NCBI RefSeq assembly: GCF_009834535.1
Contig: NC_045707.1
Span: 63,676,001-63,740,000, forward strand
DNA from: Camelus ferus
Lineage: Eukaryota
Length of the DNA: 64,000 bases
Direction: 5' to 3'
Shown here: piece after piece, positions 40,180-54,589 of the stretch
Layout of the letters: each line of letters opens with the position of its first letter
How positions within the stretch are numbered: the stretch's first letter is position 1
Program-made: the position numbers and the translations under genes
The notes under the pieces: generated by a model
The model's database searches: none
The model's input: the letters and a program-made list of their open reading frames with translations, nothing else
What the model was told of the DNA's origin: nothing

Positions 40180-42747
40180 AGGCACCGAGTGTAAAAATAA
40201 GACAGTCTGATCATTTCTCTAGCACATATATATGAGATATTACTAAAAGTCTGCATCAGATTCTCAAACTCTAATAACTTACTAATTTGTGATACTTCAT
40301 AAGGGAACAAAAACATATCTGGAGTACATGTCTAATGGAGATTAAAATGGTGTTTTCATTTTATCTTCCAGTTTATTTGGCAGAGAAAGCCGAGTATGAA
40401 AATTGTACACAACAGGATTCATAATTGTTGTCAAAAATCAAGATTTGGGTGGTTTGGGGTGTTTTTGTTTTGGTTTGGTGTTTTTGATGATTCCTGTATG
40501 TCCAAGCTTTCAAAATCAAGGAGCACTGTGTTTGAGAAAAGGAATTTAAAGTCAAATGTGAAGAGAATAAACAAACTATCCAAAGAAAAATAAGATACCA
40601 AATACCTGAAAGACAAAAGTGCAACTGATTGAGAAAAACAAAACTGGAAGAAGTGCCCAGTAATACTAAGTAGAGGACAGAAAAGAAAGACTAAAAAATA
40701 ATTTTTAAAAAGACACAATAGCAGTGTTTTAAAAATGCTACTAATAATAAAGAAATGCAAGAAAGTACTATAAAACATAAGAACAGTGGTTACCTAGGGG
40801 AAGGTGGGTACACGGAAAGCTTTATGGAGTGGCTGCAAAGATCTATTTCTTGACCACAGTGGTGCTAACAAGGATGTTTGCCTTATGACTCATCAAGTTA
40901 TATGTGTGATTTTCTGCATATAAGTTTTGTTTTACAACCAAAATGCTAAAAATTACTAGCGATTAACATAAAATATGACATCTTAAAAAAAACATACTTT
41001 AATATAAATTACAAAGATGTGATGATTACCTTTAACTACCCAAACATCTATTGGTATTCTCTAAATACTTAGCATTTAATAAAATTCTTGAATGTCTTAC
41101 TACTTGAGTCATCTCTCAGAAGGTACAGAAGAGAATACATGCCAACAAGAAAGAAATGGTTTTTAAAAAAATGCTGGAAGAAAAAAAATCTCAAAGTTCA
41201 TAACAATAAAGGAAGTCTGGAACACAGTAAAACAGTCAGCCTGAGCCTGAGGAAGAAAAGATATATAGAAGAGATAGGTACTATCCCACCAAAACAGAAA
41301 GGAAAATAACCCCTAAAACAGCTTACACTTTCAGCCAATACAGAGTAACAAGAGACTGAATTTACCCTCTTGTCAGAAAAAAAGGGGGAAAAAAGGCCAA
41401 ATTTATGAAACAATAGTTTTCATCAGGTAATGAAGGACAGTAACTGCTGAAAGCAAGGGAGCAAATGGGGTGAGTCATACGATGCCCTAGCTTACTGTCT
41501 GGAGAGAGTTCCCTCCCAGCTGTGGCAGAGGGAGAGAAAACCCAGAGGTGCCCAGTGGTCTCCAAGTTGCGGGCACAGAGCTGGGAACTGGGGGGAGGCC
41601 AAGACACAGTACCAGAGAAGAGAGAAGCGCACAGAAAGAACTTGAAAGATCTGCAGAGGTCCCTGAGTATTTGACAGAGGACTGATCAATGCACATGAAT
41701 CAATAAACTACCTAAAGGGAGGGGGTAAAAGCCACCTGAAATTATGAGAAGAAATATCAGTGTGGGAAACCTGTTATGGGGCACTGGATAAAGCACTCAA
41801 AATAGTCCTGCCTCAGCAATGGAGCAAAACTAGTCTCACAGTAAACGCTGTGCTGATCTCATCTAACAAAGTTTTAAAAGCAAGACCTAAAAGTATCAAA
41901 TTGTTTCTGCATATCTTCAGTGCCTTCTGGATGAAACTCAAGAACATTTTATAGGAATACAAAAGCATTGAGCACCCAAAAAGATCAAATTCACAGTATC
42001 TGACATTTGCTTAAAAAAAAAAAAAATTACCAGGCATGCTACCAATCAGGAAAACATGATCAATATTGAGAAGGAAAATTGACCAATTAAATATGACCCA
42101 AATGACACAAATAATAAAATCAGTAAAGATATTAAAACATTATTGTAACTGAATTCCGCATGTTCAAGACACTAAAGAAAAGTTAGAACCTGCTAAGAGA
42201 AGACATCAAAAATTTAAAAAATATCCAACTGAACGTCTAGAGATGAAAACTACAATGTCTGAGATGAAAAACAGAATGAGATAATGGTAGATTAGATATT
42301 GCAGAAGAACAACAAACCTGAAGTTACAGCAATAAAAATTATACAAAACAAAACACAAAAAGGGCGAAAGACTGAAAAAAAAAGTGAACAGAGCATAAAT
42401 GAGCTGCAGGGAAACTTCAAGTGGTCAAACATATGTATAACTGAAGTACCTGAAAGAGCTGATGGAGGGGAGAAACAAACCAAAACCTTTTCTGAAAAAA
42501 TAATTACAGTTTCTCCAAATTTGATGAAGACTATAAACCCACAAAAATAAATACTAATGAACCAATGAACTCCAAAACGAAAGAATCAGAAAGAAAACTA
42601 TGTAAGGGCATATTGTAATCAAATTTATGCAAAATCAGTAAAACACAGAAAATCTTAAAATCAGCCAGAGGAAAAAACACTAAGTATAATGATTACAGTG
42701 GATTTCTTTTTAGAAACAATGGAGACTAGAAGACAATGGAGCAGCGC

Positions 42748-42910
42748 TATTTATTTAGACCACTTCTTGAAGGTATGACTGACAAATAAGAAGCTATATG
42801 TATTTAATATATACAACTTGGTAAGTCTGGGACAAGTATACACCCACGAAATCACCACCATCAAGCTATAAACATAACCGTCACCTCCCAAAGTTTCCCC
42901 CTTCCTCTTT
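42748..42910 (-). mobile_element. Short L1 3'-end insertion inside old L1 ORF1
   Basis: GTATACACCCACGAAATCACCACCATCAAG...TCACCTCCCAAAGTTTCC; flanked by GAGCAGC/GAGCAAC. Confidence 0.65.
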
Positions 42911-43516
42911 AGAGCAACATCTTTAAAGTATTGGTTAAAAATATATATATATACTGTTAACCTACAATTCTATACCCAGAGAAAATATCACTCAAAAAAG
43001 AAGGTGAAATACTTTTTCAGACATATAAAAGCTAAAAAACTTCATCACCATCAGACCTACACTACAAAAAATGTCACAGTAAGTCTTTTAGACAGAATAA
43101 ATTACATAAGAAGGAAATCTGGATCCACACACAGAAATGAAAGCTACCTAAAATGGTAACTATGTGGATACGTATTTTTTTTCTTGTTAATCAAATTATT
43201 TTGTTTAAAGCATAAATAAATGTATTTTTTGTTTTGTGGGTTTTATAACACATGCAAAAGTAAAAAATAGCACAAAAACCAGAAGAGAAATGGAAGCATA
43301 TTGTTCTAGGTTCTTATACTTTATATGAAGGAGTATAATAACTCTTGAAGATAAATGTTGTAAGTTAAACATGTATACTGTAAGCCCTAAAACAATCACT
43401 AAAATAAGAGTCACAGTTAATTATCAACAAAGGAAATAAACATGGAATGATGAAAACTACTTGATTAATCACAAAGAAGGTAGAAAAAGAAAATGGAACA
43501 AAGAAGAGATGGGACA

Positions 43517-43790
43517 GGGAGAGGGGTGAAAAGGGACAGACTGGGGATTTCAAGATTTGTAGATACTGACAGGTATATATAGAATAGATAAACAAGTTTA
43601 TACCATATAGCACAGGGAAATATATTCAAGATTTTGTAGTAGCTCACAGTGAGAAAGAATATGAAAATGAATGTATGTATAGCATGTATGACTGAAAAAT
43701 TGTGCTGTACACCAGAAATGGGCACATTATAAACTGACTGTAACTCAATAAAAAAAAAAAGAAGCATACTAAGAAAGATGAAAAAAAAAG
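43517..43790 (+). mobile_element. Young L1 3' UTR insertion with TSD and second A-tail
   Basis: TSD AGAGATGGGACA (43505-43516, 43791-43802). Confidence 0.85.
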
Positions 43791-45775
43791 AGAGATGGGA
43801 CAAAACAGAAAACAAAAGCAAGATGACAGACTTAACCACATTAGTAATCACATTAAAAGTAAATTGTCTAAACACTTCAACTGAAAAAAGATTGTCAGAT
43901 TGAAAAGTAAGCCCAAACTCATATGTTATCTACGAGAAAAGCATTTTAAAGACACAAATAGATTAAAAATAAAAAGATAAAAAGATATGTTAATATTAAA
44001 TCAGAAGAAAGCAACAATGGCTATTAATATCAGACAAAAGTAAATTCCAGAGCCAAAGAAATATTACCAGACAGAAAGATAACGTCATAGTGATCAAATG
44101 GTCAATGCCTCAAGACGACCTATTAATCCTAAATGTTTATGCACCTAATAACAGATCTTCAAAAAATATGAATCATAAAGTGACAGAATTGCAAGAAGAA
44201 ATAGACAAATACACAATTACAGTCAGAGATTTCAAACCAGTTTCAGTAACTGATTAAACAGTCAGGAAGTCAGTAACAATATAGAAGACTTGATTACACT
44301 CTCAATCAACTGGACCTAATTTACACTTAAAACACTGCACCCAACAACAGCAGAATATACATTCTTTCAAATGTACATAAAACATTTACCAAGATGGATT
44401 ATACGTTGGGCCATAGAACAAATCTCAGTAAACTTAAAAGAATTCAACTATGTTCTGTGACCACAATGAAATTAAATCATAAATCAGTAATAGAAATACC
44501 TTCAGAACATTCCCACATATGTGGAAATTAATAATATACTTCTAAATAATCCAAAGGTCAAGAAGAAATCAAAGGAAAACCAGAAAGTATTTGAGTTGAA
44601 TAAAAACGCAAACACATCATATTAAAATCTGTGCAGTGCCAGTGCCACTAAAACAGTGCTTAGTGGGAAACAAAGTATTGCATGCCTTTATTAGAAAAGA
44701 AAAAAGGGCCTCAAATTAATGACCTCAGCTTCTACCTTAAGAAACTAGAAAAAGAAATATAAATTAAACCCAAAGTAAGCAGAAAGAAATAAAGGTCATA
44801 GCAGAAATCAATAAAATAAAAAAAAAAAGAAAAGAAAAATGGTGGGTGGGAGTTATCAACAAAACCAAAAGCTCTTCTGAAGGAATAAAACTAGTAAAAC
44901 TCTAGCCATGCTCTGATGAGGAAAAACAAGAGACACGAATTACCAATATTAGGAATTAGAACATTAACATCACTACAGATTTACACAAATAAAAAAGATA
45001 GTAAGAAAATTTATGAACATTTTAGACTAATAAATTTGACAATTTAGACAAAACAAATAAATTCATCAAGAGACAAAGTTACCAAAACTCACTAGATGAA
45101 AAGTATAACCTGAGTATCTCAATATAAATTAAGGAAATTTAATTTGTAGTTAAAAACCTTCCCACAAAGAAAATTCCAGGCCCAGATGGTTTTAGTAGTG
45201 AGCTTTGCCTCATATTTAAGAAAGAAGCAATACCAATCCTACACAAACTCCTTCAGAAAACTGAAGAGGAGGAATATTCGCAACTATTCCATAAAGCCAG
45301 CATTACCCTGACACCAAAATCAGACAAAAACAAGAAAACTATATATCAGTATTCTCATGAACTTAAGTGCAAATTTTTAAAATAAAAATTGAATCCAACA
45401 ACATGTAAAAAGGAAAATAGTTCATGACTAAGTGGGGCTTACTCTACTTAAGGTTGGTTTAATATTCAAAAATCACTAACTGTAATTCACCACAGTGAAA
45501 AATTTTTAAGAAAAACCATTATGATCATCTCAAAAGACACAGAAAAAGCATTCAACAAAATCCAATCTCTATTTCTGACAAACACTCTTAACAAATTAGG
45601 GATAGAAGGGAAACTTCCCCAATCTGATTAAGGGCAACTATGAAACACTACAGATGACATCATATACGTTAAAGACTGAATGCTTTCTCCTAAGATCAGG
45701 AACAAGATAAGGAGGTCTGCCCACTCTCACTACTTTTATTCAACGTTATACTTGTGGTTTTAGACACTGTAATAA

Positions 45776-47548
45776 TTATACACAGAAAACTATAAACCAC
45801 TGATGAAGGAAATTAAAGAAGACTTTAAAAAATGGAAAGATACCCACGCTCTTGGATTGGAAGAATCAATATTGTTAAAATGGTCACACTACCCAAGGCA
45901 ATCTACAGATTTAACGCAATCCCTATCAAATTACCCAGGACATATTTCACAGAACTAGAACAAATCATAATAAAACTTATATGGAACCATCAAAGACCTA
46001 GAATTGCCAAAGCATTACTGAAGAGAAAGAAAGAGGCTAGAGGAATAACTCTCCCAGACTTCAGACAATACTATAGAGCTACAGTCATCAAGACAGCATG
46101 GTATTGGTACCAAAACAGACATATAGACCAATGGAACAGAACAGAGAGCCCAGAAATGAACCCACAAACTTTTGGTCAACTCATCTTCGACAAAGAAGGC
46201 AAGACTATACAATGGAATAAAGAAAGTCTCTTCAGCAAATGGTGTTGGGAAAACTGGACAGCAGCATGTAAAAAATGAAGCTAGAACACTCCCTTACACC
46301 ATATACAAAAATCAACTCAAAATGGATCAAAGACTTAAACATAAGACAAGATACAATAAACCTCCTAGAGGAAAACATAGGCAAAACATTATCTGACATA
46401 CATCTCAAAAATTTTCTCCTAGAAGAAATAAAAGCAAGAATAAACAAATGGGACCTAATGAAACTTAGAAGCTTCTGCACAGCAAAAGAAACCATAAGTA
46501 AAACAAAAAGACAACCTACGGAATGGGAGAAAATTTTTGCAAATGAAACTGACAAAGGCTTGATCTCCAGAATATATAAGCAGCTCATACGACTCAATAA
46601 GAAAAAAATAAACAACCCAATCCAAAAATGGGCAGAAGACCTAAACAAGCAATTCTCCAAGGAAGACATACAAATGATCAAAAGGCACATGAAAAAATGC
46701 TCAATATCACTAATTATCAGAGAAATGCAAATCAAAACTACAATGAGGTATCACCTCACACCAGTCAGAATGGCCGTCATTCAAAAATCCACAAATGACA
46801 AATGCTGGAGAGGCTGTGGAGAAAGGGGAACCCTCCTACACTGCTGGTGGGAATGCAGTTTGGTGCAGCCACTGTGGAAAACAGTGTGGAGATTCCTCAA
46901 AAGACTGGGAATAGACTTACTGTATGACCCAGGAATCCTGCTCCTGGGCATATATCCAGAAGGAACCCTACTTCAAAATGACACCTGCACCCCAGCGTCC
47001 ATAGCAGCACTATTTACAATAGCCAAGACATAGAAACAGCCTAAATGTCCATCAACAGGTGACTGGATAAAGAAGATGTGGTATATTTATACAATGGAAT
47101 ACTACTCAGCCATAAAAACCGACAACATAACGCCATTTGCAGCAACGTGGATGCTCCTGGAGAATGTCATTCTAAGTGAAGTAAGCCAGAAGGAGAAAGA
47201 AAAATACCATATGAGATCACTCGTATGTGGAATCTAAAAAACAAAAACAAAAACAAACAAACAAACAAAAACAAAGCGTAAATACAGGACAGAAATAGAC
47301 TCATAGACAGAGAATACAGACTTGTGGTTGCCAGGAGGGCGGAGGGTGGGAAGGGATAGACTGGGATTTCAAAATTGTAGAATAGATAAACAAGATTATA
47401 CTGTATAGCACAGGGAATCACAGAGGAAAAAATGTGATAATGAGTGTGTATATGTCCATGTATGACTGAAAAATTGTGCTGAACACTAGAATTTGACACA
47501 ACATTGTAAAATGATTATAAATCAATAAAAAATGTTTTAAAAAAAGAA
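45776..47548 (+). mobile_element. Young 5'-truncated L1 (ORF2 C-terminus + 3' UTR + A-tail) nested in old L1
   Basis: ORFs 45832..46278 and 46275..47033 give clear L1 ORF2p C-terminal sequence (RINIVKM...HCWWEC). One frameshift near 46270, premature TAG at 47031-47033, likely native stop near 47237. Confidence 0.95.
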
Positions 47549-48829
47549 AAGAAAAAAATGGCATCTAGACTAGAAAGGAAGAAGTAAAACAACTTACTTG
47601 AGGATGACACGATCATCTTATGTAGAATATCGAATGGAATCTACATAAAAGCTACTAAAAATGAATGTATTTAGTGAGGATCAGGACGCAAGATCAATAT
47701 ACAAAAATCAATTATATTTCTATATATATCAATGAACAATCATAAGGTCAGATTTTAAAATACAGCATTTATAACATCAAAAAATATCAAATACTCAGGT
47801 ATAAATCTGATAGAAGATGTGCAAGAAAGGTTTCTAAGCTGAAAATTATAAAACATTTCTGATAGAAATGAAAGAAGACCAAAATTAAATAAAAAAATAC
47901 ACCATATTCATGGCTCAAAAGAATCAATATTGTTAGGATGTCCACTTTCCCCAAATTGATCTCTAGACTGACTGCCATCCCATCATAATCGCAGCAGGCT
48001 CTTTTAGAGATATTAACAAGCTGATTCTAAAACATGTACAGAAATTCAATGACCTAGAATAATCAAATCATCTTTGGGAAAGAGTTAACAGTGGAGCACT
48101 AACATACCTGACTACAAAACTGGATATAAGCTATAATAATCAGGAAAGTGTGGTATTGATGTAAAGAAAAACAAACTGATTTAAACAGCACAAAATAAAG
48201 GTTCAGAAGCAAACACACACATATATGGTATATTTACTTTTGACAACTACAAATGCAATTCAGCAAAGAAAGGATAGTCTTAAATAGTGCTTGAACAACT
48301 GGATATTCATGTGCAAGAAATAAACTTCAATGCATACACCACACTATATACACAAATTAAATTTAAACAGGTCATAGATTTAAATGTAAAACCTAAAACA
48401 ACAAAACTTTAAGAAGAAAATTGAAGAGAAAATCTTTGTAGCCTTGGGTTCAGCAAAAAAAAAATTCAGAAATGACATCAAAAGCATAAATGTAAAAAAG
48501 AAAAAGAAAAAAAGATAAATCATCAAATTGAAAACTTCTCTTCAAAAGACACAGTTAAGCAAATGAAAAGCCAAGACTCAGGCAGAGAAAAATACATTGG
48601 CAAATCACTATATGTGCAATAAAGGACTTGTATCCAGAACACAAAAGAACTCTCAAAACTCAGTAACAAGAAAATGAAAAACACAATTTAAAATAAACTA
48701 GGCAAAAGGTCTGAACAGACACTTCACCTAAGAAAGTATAGGGGTGACATAAAATGACATGAGAAAATGACATCGTAAGTCATTAGGAAAATGCAAATTG
48801 AAACCATAACAAAATACTACACATCTATT

Positions 48830-48956
48830 TTTTTCAATACCATTTCTTTAAATTGAAGTACAGTCAGTTAGACTGTGTCAATTTCTGGCGTACAGAACAA
48901 TGTCCCAGTCATGCATATACATACATATATTCATTTTCATATTCTTTTTCATTAAA
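48830..48956 (-). mobile_element. Very short L1 3' UTR insertion
   Basis: 14-bp TSD ACTACACATCTATT (48816-48829, 48957-48970); same 3' UTR family as 16422-16694. Confidence 0.85.
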
Positions 48957-50919
48957 ACTACACATCTATTAAAATGATTAACTAGTCAGTTTTAAAATGT
49001 GAAACCCTATATAAAAGTAAATACATAAGTAGAGACAGTTAACTTACAAAAAAAAAAAAGAAAAGAAAAGTAAGTTGATTCTGCCTCAAAAAATTTTAAA
49101 AATCCTACAAAAAAATTAATATTATAGTATCACACCCTATCTGTTTTTGATTAGGGATTAAGCGTCCATAGGGAGCAAAAACTTTCAAAGATTTGCCACT
49201 TGGTGGTCTAAACTAATTATATAAATGATTCAACCAACTTTTATTAGGCACTTATGTGCCAGACACCATGGAGAGCTGAAAAATAAGCAAGATAAAGTTC
49301 CTTCCCTGTATGTACCTGGCAATGTTATAAAAAGAGTAAAATCTACACGAGCTAGGATATTCTAAGTGCTCCCTCTTGATAGAAGAAACAAAAGAGGAAC
49401 AACGTGCAAAGATACTAAAGAAAGGAGAAAAGTTCTCCATTTGGAATGAAATTGTCTCAGGCCCTTCAGGTCCTCCTTTATGCTTAACCACTTGCTAAGA
49501 TGTTTAGGCAAGTGAGTATATTTATAAAACTTCCAGTGATAGCCTGCTGATGGCAATAGAAACTGCAGGTTTTTCTCCTTTTAGCAAAGGAACTATTGTC
49601 AGATATAACTTATTTAAAAGCGCTCTAGGGACCACAGCAAATGTTCTCAAACTAATCTTACTGGCCTCTAACTTAGCATAAGTTAGAAAGAAGTTGTACA
49701 ATATAGTAGCAGATGATTTTTCGTAAGTGCTCGTACACTTAAGTGGGACTGGATTTCTATTTGTATTATGATTATTATCTTTATTTTCAAAACCTAAAGA
49801 TGAATGAAAACATTCAACCCAAATATTTGAAATTTATTATTAAAAGCTTAGACATAAAATTCTTGCCCTAAATCTGTCAAAACATGGAAATCTAACACCT
49901 ACCACACACAACATACATTCTTGAACTTTAGCAACCATGAACTGTGTAAGTTAAATTTAACAACAAGAAAGTTATAAAAATTCAGTTTGTTTAAAACCAT
50001 TTGGCATATAAATAATTTAAACTTTTGGTTAGAGAAGGTATCCCCAAGAAAATGCCAGTGTAAGCTCAGAAATTCTAATGAGCTCCACACCCAAGTATCA
50101 AAGCACCTGACCTACTTGTTTTCTCCACTTGAATAACCCACAGGCATCTTAAACTCAGTATGTTTTATCCTAAATCTGCTCTTACTGATATTCCCAACTC
50201 TATCAAAGACATTCCATCCACCTACTTTCCTAAACACCTCTCTCACCACCTCCATTCTATCTCCGAAATCCTCCAAACCTTCACCTCTGACACTGGCCCC
50301 CCACCATTTCTAGCCTGGGCTACTAAAATAACATTTTGGTCTCTCTTCCCCAATCTAGTCACCTTCCAATATTCTGGGTAAGGTGTGTAATGTGTAACCA
50401 CTGCCTAAAATTGATCACTAGAAAATGTACATTTGACTGTACAACATTTCAACTTAAAATCCTTCTCACTCCACCCTTCACCTCTACAGCGACGCAACAC
50501 CTGAGACTCTGCAATACTTCCTGCCTTGGGCCACTCTGAACTCGCCTGTCCCTCAAAGCCTTATGCCTTTTTGTGTTTATGCATTCTGATTCTTCCGCCT
50601 AGAACATCCTTTTACACCTTCTCTCCGCAAATATCATCGAGTAAGGCCTTCAAAAGGACATAAGTAACAGCCTGTCCAAATACTTCCAATCACCCTCATA
50701 TCACCTTATCTGATTTAGAAGTTTCTTGACTCATAAACTCAACACATTTATTGAACACCAACTAGATGCTGAGAATAAAAGGTGTTGGTGGAAAAACATA
50801 CATTGTAAAAAGTGTCTGATTGAACTAGTCGTGTCCCGTAAATCAACGGTCATGGCAGAGTGCGACAGAAGTAGGCACAGGATCCTGTATGAGATGTCAG
50901 TTTCAGTTATTTCTTCAGT

Positions 50920-51860
50920 AAATACAAAATGAGTGCCTGCAATGTGCCAGGCACAAAATGAGCTTGTAGATACAAATAAATAAGATTTTGCCTTCATAAC
51001 AGTTGCGATCCATCTGGGGATTAGGACAAGAAAACAGCTAATTACAATATATGATAGAGGTATGAACAGGCAGCCACAACAGGTCCTAGAAAACGGTATC
51101 TAACCTAGATGTAAGGGGCTCAGGCAGGATGAGAAATCAGGAAGACTTTAGAGTGACATACAGGCTGAGACCTGAAGAATGAAAACTTTAACTAGAAGGT
51201 GTATGTTCTGCACAGAGAGCAGTAGTTCAGTGCGTGGCTGCAACCTCAATCAGATGGTAGCGGCAAAAGAGTTTAGAGGCAAGAATAGAAACCAGATCAA
51301 ATCATAAAGCGTTTTAAAGCCATGCTCAGGAATTTGGGAGTTTGGAATTTACCCTGGAGACAGCTCTTTGCCACTAGAAAGCCATTAGAAAGTTCTAGCA
51401 GGCGAATACCATGTCAGACTTGCCTTTTCTAAGCCAACACACTGGTTGCAGAGCCAAGAGTGAACAGCTGCAGTAATTCAGGGAGGAAGCGATTCACGGT
51501 GGCTTGAACCAAGGCAACTGCAGTGGGGTGAGGACAGGCAGATGGCTTAGTAAGATATTTAAAAGGTCAAAATGACAGGACTTCATGACTGATTAGATGT
51601 GGGAGGTGAAGGGAGAGGATTCAAGGACAAAACTGAGTGTATGAGGTTATTCACTGATACAGAAAATACAGAAGGAAGAAAAGTAAACAATGAATTTTAC
51701 TTGAGACGCGTTAATCGTAATGACTGTGGAACTCAAAGAAATGTACCTCTTTCTATGTAGAACATAGATGGTTTTAAGAGTAACAAACCACAGAAAATTC
51801 TGAGAGTGAAGACAGAGAGATACTGAGATACTGAGGATGGTTCAATTCTCAACAAAGAGC
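50920..51860. mobile_element. L2 fragment
   Basis: GAGTGCCTGCAATGTGCCAGGCAC...CTGAGACCTGAAGAATGA...GATTAGATGTGGGAGGTGAAGGGAGAG. Confidence 0.7.
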
Positions 51861-53184
51861 AGGCAGCAGAACCATCATTGCTTCTTAAGGGCTTGTGTGC
51901 CAAAGTCAGGCAGGAGGGTAGTACTGGGAGGTATAACAAGGATTAAATGAAAGACTACTCTTACACCAATGCCTACAGGTACACAGTAGATTGCACAAGA
52001 AACAGTAAATAGATTTCATAAGGATTTCCTTCCACCAAAAAGCAAAAATTAAAAGGCTGGATTATAATTTTTCATTCAGTCTCAACAGCTATGTCCCATC
52101 AAAGGAAACCCTTAACATCTGAATTCATCCCCCTAATTCACAAATTGAAATAACTTGTTAAAATTGAAGACTACTGTGTTGTGTCAAGAATAAATAGCAG
52201 ACAGAAGGTACTCAAATGTTCGTTAAAGAATGCCAGAAAAATAAAGAAGACATACTCATACTGTATGCTACACCAGCAAGGTACTACCATGTTACAAGAT
52301 CTAACCTAAGAAAATTCTCCAGAAAAATCTACCAGAAACTAAGAATATTAATCTTTCTTAAGGGTTTCATGGGACTATAGGCATATCTAAAAGTGACTGG
52401 AAAAGGCCAAATTTAGCTACAAAATAAAGTCTTATTAAGAATGCCATCAAAAATCTAAAAAAAAAAAAAAAAAAAAAAAAGGTGATTTCCCTGTTGTTTC
52501 AAGTTATTTTCAACAGAACCAAATTTTAATACAATCACAGTAAAAACACAGATCGAGCATGAAATGCAAATATAATAGGAGTTTTTAACTCCGAAACAAG
52601 AGCATTATTAGTGAACCCATCTCTCTCATTCTAGTCCCTTCATTTTTCCTACTTTCTTGCTCTTTCCTCTTCACAGAATATCTACTATGTGCTAGAATCT
52701 ATACCAGATACAGGTGAAACATTTCAGGTCTTACCCTCATGAAGGTCAGTCAGTCTACAAGTCTTGAGAAAACATTCGCTAAAAATATCACCCACTTCAA
52801 GGGCCTGAAACTCACATTGAACTTCTTACATAAAAGGAAGGAAGGGGGTGGTTTTTAATGAATGTTTTCCTTCTGAAGAACTGAATTCTGTAATCTACAT
52901 GGTAAGAAGCTATCTGATATATCCTGAATGCCTAAAATAGTGGCTGGAAGAAATCAGGTGCTTAATAAATCTTTGTTGAATAAATGAATGAAAATAAACT
53001 GTAACCATCAGAGGCTCTGGGTATAAGGCCAAAACCTATTTCGGACTTAACTTTTTTCCTCCTGCTTTCTCTTTGATAAGTCAACTCATTTCATTAACTC
53101 AACTCCTTCCATTAATTATCCTAAAGCAGGATAGCCTTTACAGGCAGTGTCCCTGTTCCCTCAAGATTCACGAGAGGATCTATG

Positions 53185-53318
53185 AGAAAATGGATATTAC
53201 CTGAACTTACTGTGGTAATCATTTCAGAATATATGTAAATCAAACCATCATGCTGTATGCCTTAAATTTATACAGTGATGCATGTCAATTATTTCTCAAT
53301 AAAATGGGAGGGAAAAAA
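53185..53318 (+). mobile_element. Short old L1 3' end
   Basis: TACTGTGGTAATCATTTC...TATTTCTCAATAAAATGGG. Confidence 0.7.
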
Positions 53319-54119
53319 GATTACAGCTCGGAAAACACAAAATAAAAAACTTACAAGGGAAAGTCACTCTTCCCCCACTTTTTCGTTGACTGTTAAAACA
53401 TATGGTTCCATACATACATAGCAGCAAAGAACAGATGAACTCCAAGAATTAATTAGGGTTTGTTTATATCACAACTTAAGCCCACTTTCAAAAGCTTAGC
53501 TAAGAAAAACAATACACATGTATGAAACACTGAATCCATTCACTCATGTTGACAACAACCTACCCTTGAATTCAGTCAAATCATCAGAGAATCGAATATA
53601 TCAAATTGGTAGCCTGTATTTACTGGGTATTTACCTAACTAGTCATTGGCATAAAACCATCAGCATACTAAGGGACATTGTAGGGTCCTGTTTTGTTTTG
53701 ATTTTTACCAAAAGGATACAGTATGCCATATAATCAAATTCATTATAGTACATAGTATAAAGAATCTACAGGAGACTTCACTCTTTGATCCAATCTTCAG
53801 AAACTAGTTTGGGGGGTCTTTGCTTTTGGTTTTATTTTACTGTGGATCCTACAATTCTTAAAAATTGATCACGTTCCTTATAGCAAAACTGTAGACCACT
53901 AAAGTATAAAGTTTATTTAATAATTCTACTTCCACTTCCATCTACTTTTACTTTCTTTTTGTCTCCTTTCCTCCTCTATTTTACATAATCATACTGCTTT
54001 AATATTTGTGAACAGCCTTAATCTCTTTGTAGAAAACAGCAGCAAAAATAAACATTCAACTATTTCCAGATCAATAATAACTTTACAACCTTAAGAGTCT
54101 AAAAGCTCTTCTTTAACAA

Positions 54120-54390
54120 TAGTAATAATAGCAGCTAACATTTATTTAGCAGCTAACATTTATTAAGTACTTACTGATGCCAGGCATTAGTCTAAGTGCT
54201 TTGCAAATATTAACTCATTTACTCATCTACAACTCCATGATGAAAAACAATTCTTATCCCCCTTTTTACAAATGCGAAAACTGGGGGCACAGAAAGTTAA
54301 GAAATCCACCCAAAGTAACACAGCTATAAGCTGTGGAGCTAGGTTTTGAACTCAAGCAATCAGAATCCATCTCCTGAACTACTGTCCTAC
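54120..54390. mobile_element. MIR SINE
   Basis: GCCAGGCATTAGTCTAAGTGCTTTGC...TTTTACAAATGCGAAAACTG. Confidence 0.8.
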
Positions 54391-54589
54391 TGTGATGATT
54401 TTTCATTCATTAAAACTATGTGACTTCTAAAAATAGGTATTTTTCAAATCATAAAATAACACTGAAAATTAGAACTGAGGCAATTTCAGAAATGAAGTTC
54501 ACACCGAAACCAAAAACCATATTCTAAATCTTTAAAATTCTGCTATACCCAACCAAAGATTTGCAGGGAAATTAAGATGATGAATAAAA

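Larger units (their letters stand above)
41325..48980 (+). mobile_element. Old near-full-length L1 (5' UTR, ORF1 and ORF2 remnants) interrupted by younger insertions
   Basis: ORF1-like remnant in ORF 42299..42550; endonuclease and RT remnants (CCAGGCCCAGATGGTTT, GCCAGCATTACCCTGACACCAAAA); many stops and frameshifts; boundaries approximate. Confidence 0.9.

Noticed and set aside
39642..40316. ORFs of 129 aa (+) and 112 aa (-) as novel genes or a retrocopy
   Set aside because: Non-ATG starts, no recognisable homology, no poly(A)/TSD; the minus ORF stays open partly because of the 33-bp repeat
45832..47033. Active L1 ORF2 or a domesticated gene
   Set aside because: 5'-truncated, lacks EN and RT core, frameshifted, premature stop
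46015..47499. Minus-strand ORFs over the young L1
   Set aside because: Typical antisense shadow frames of L1
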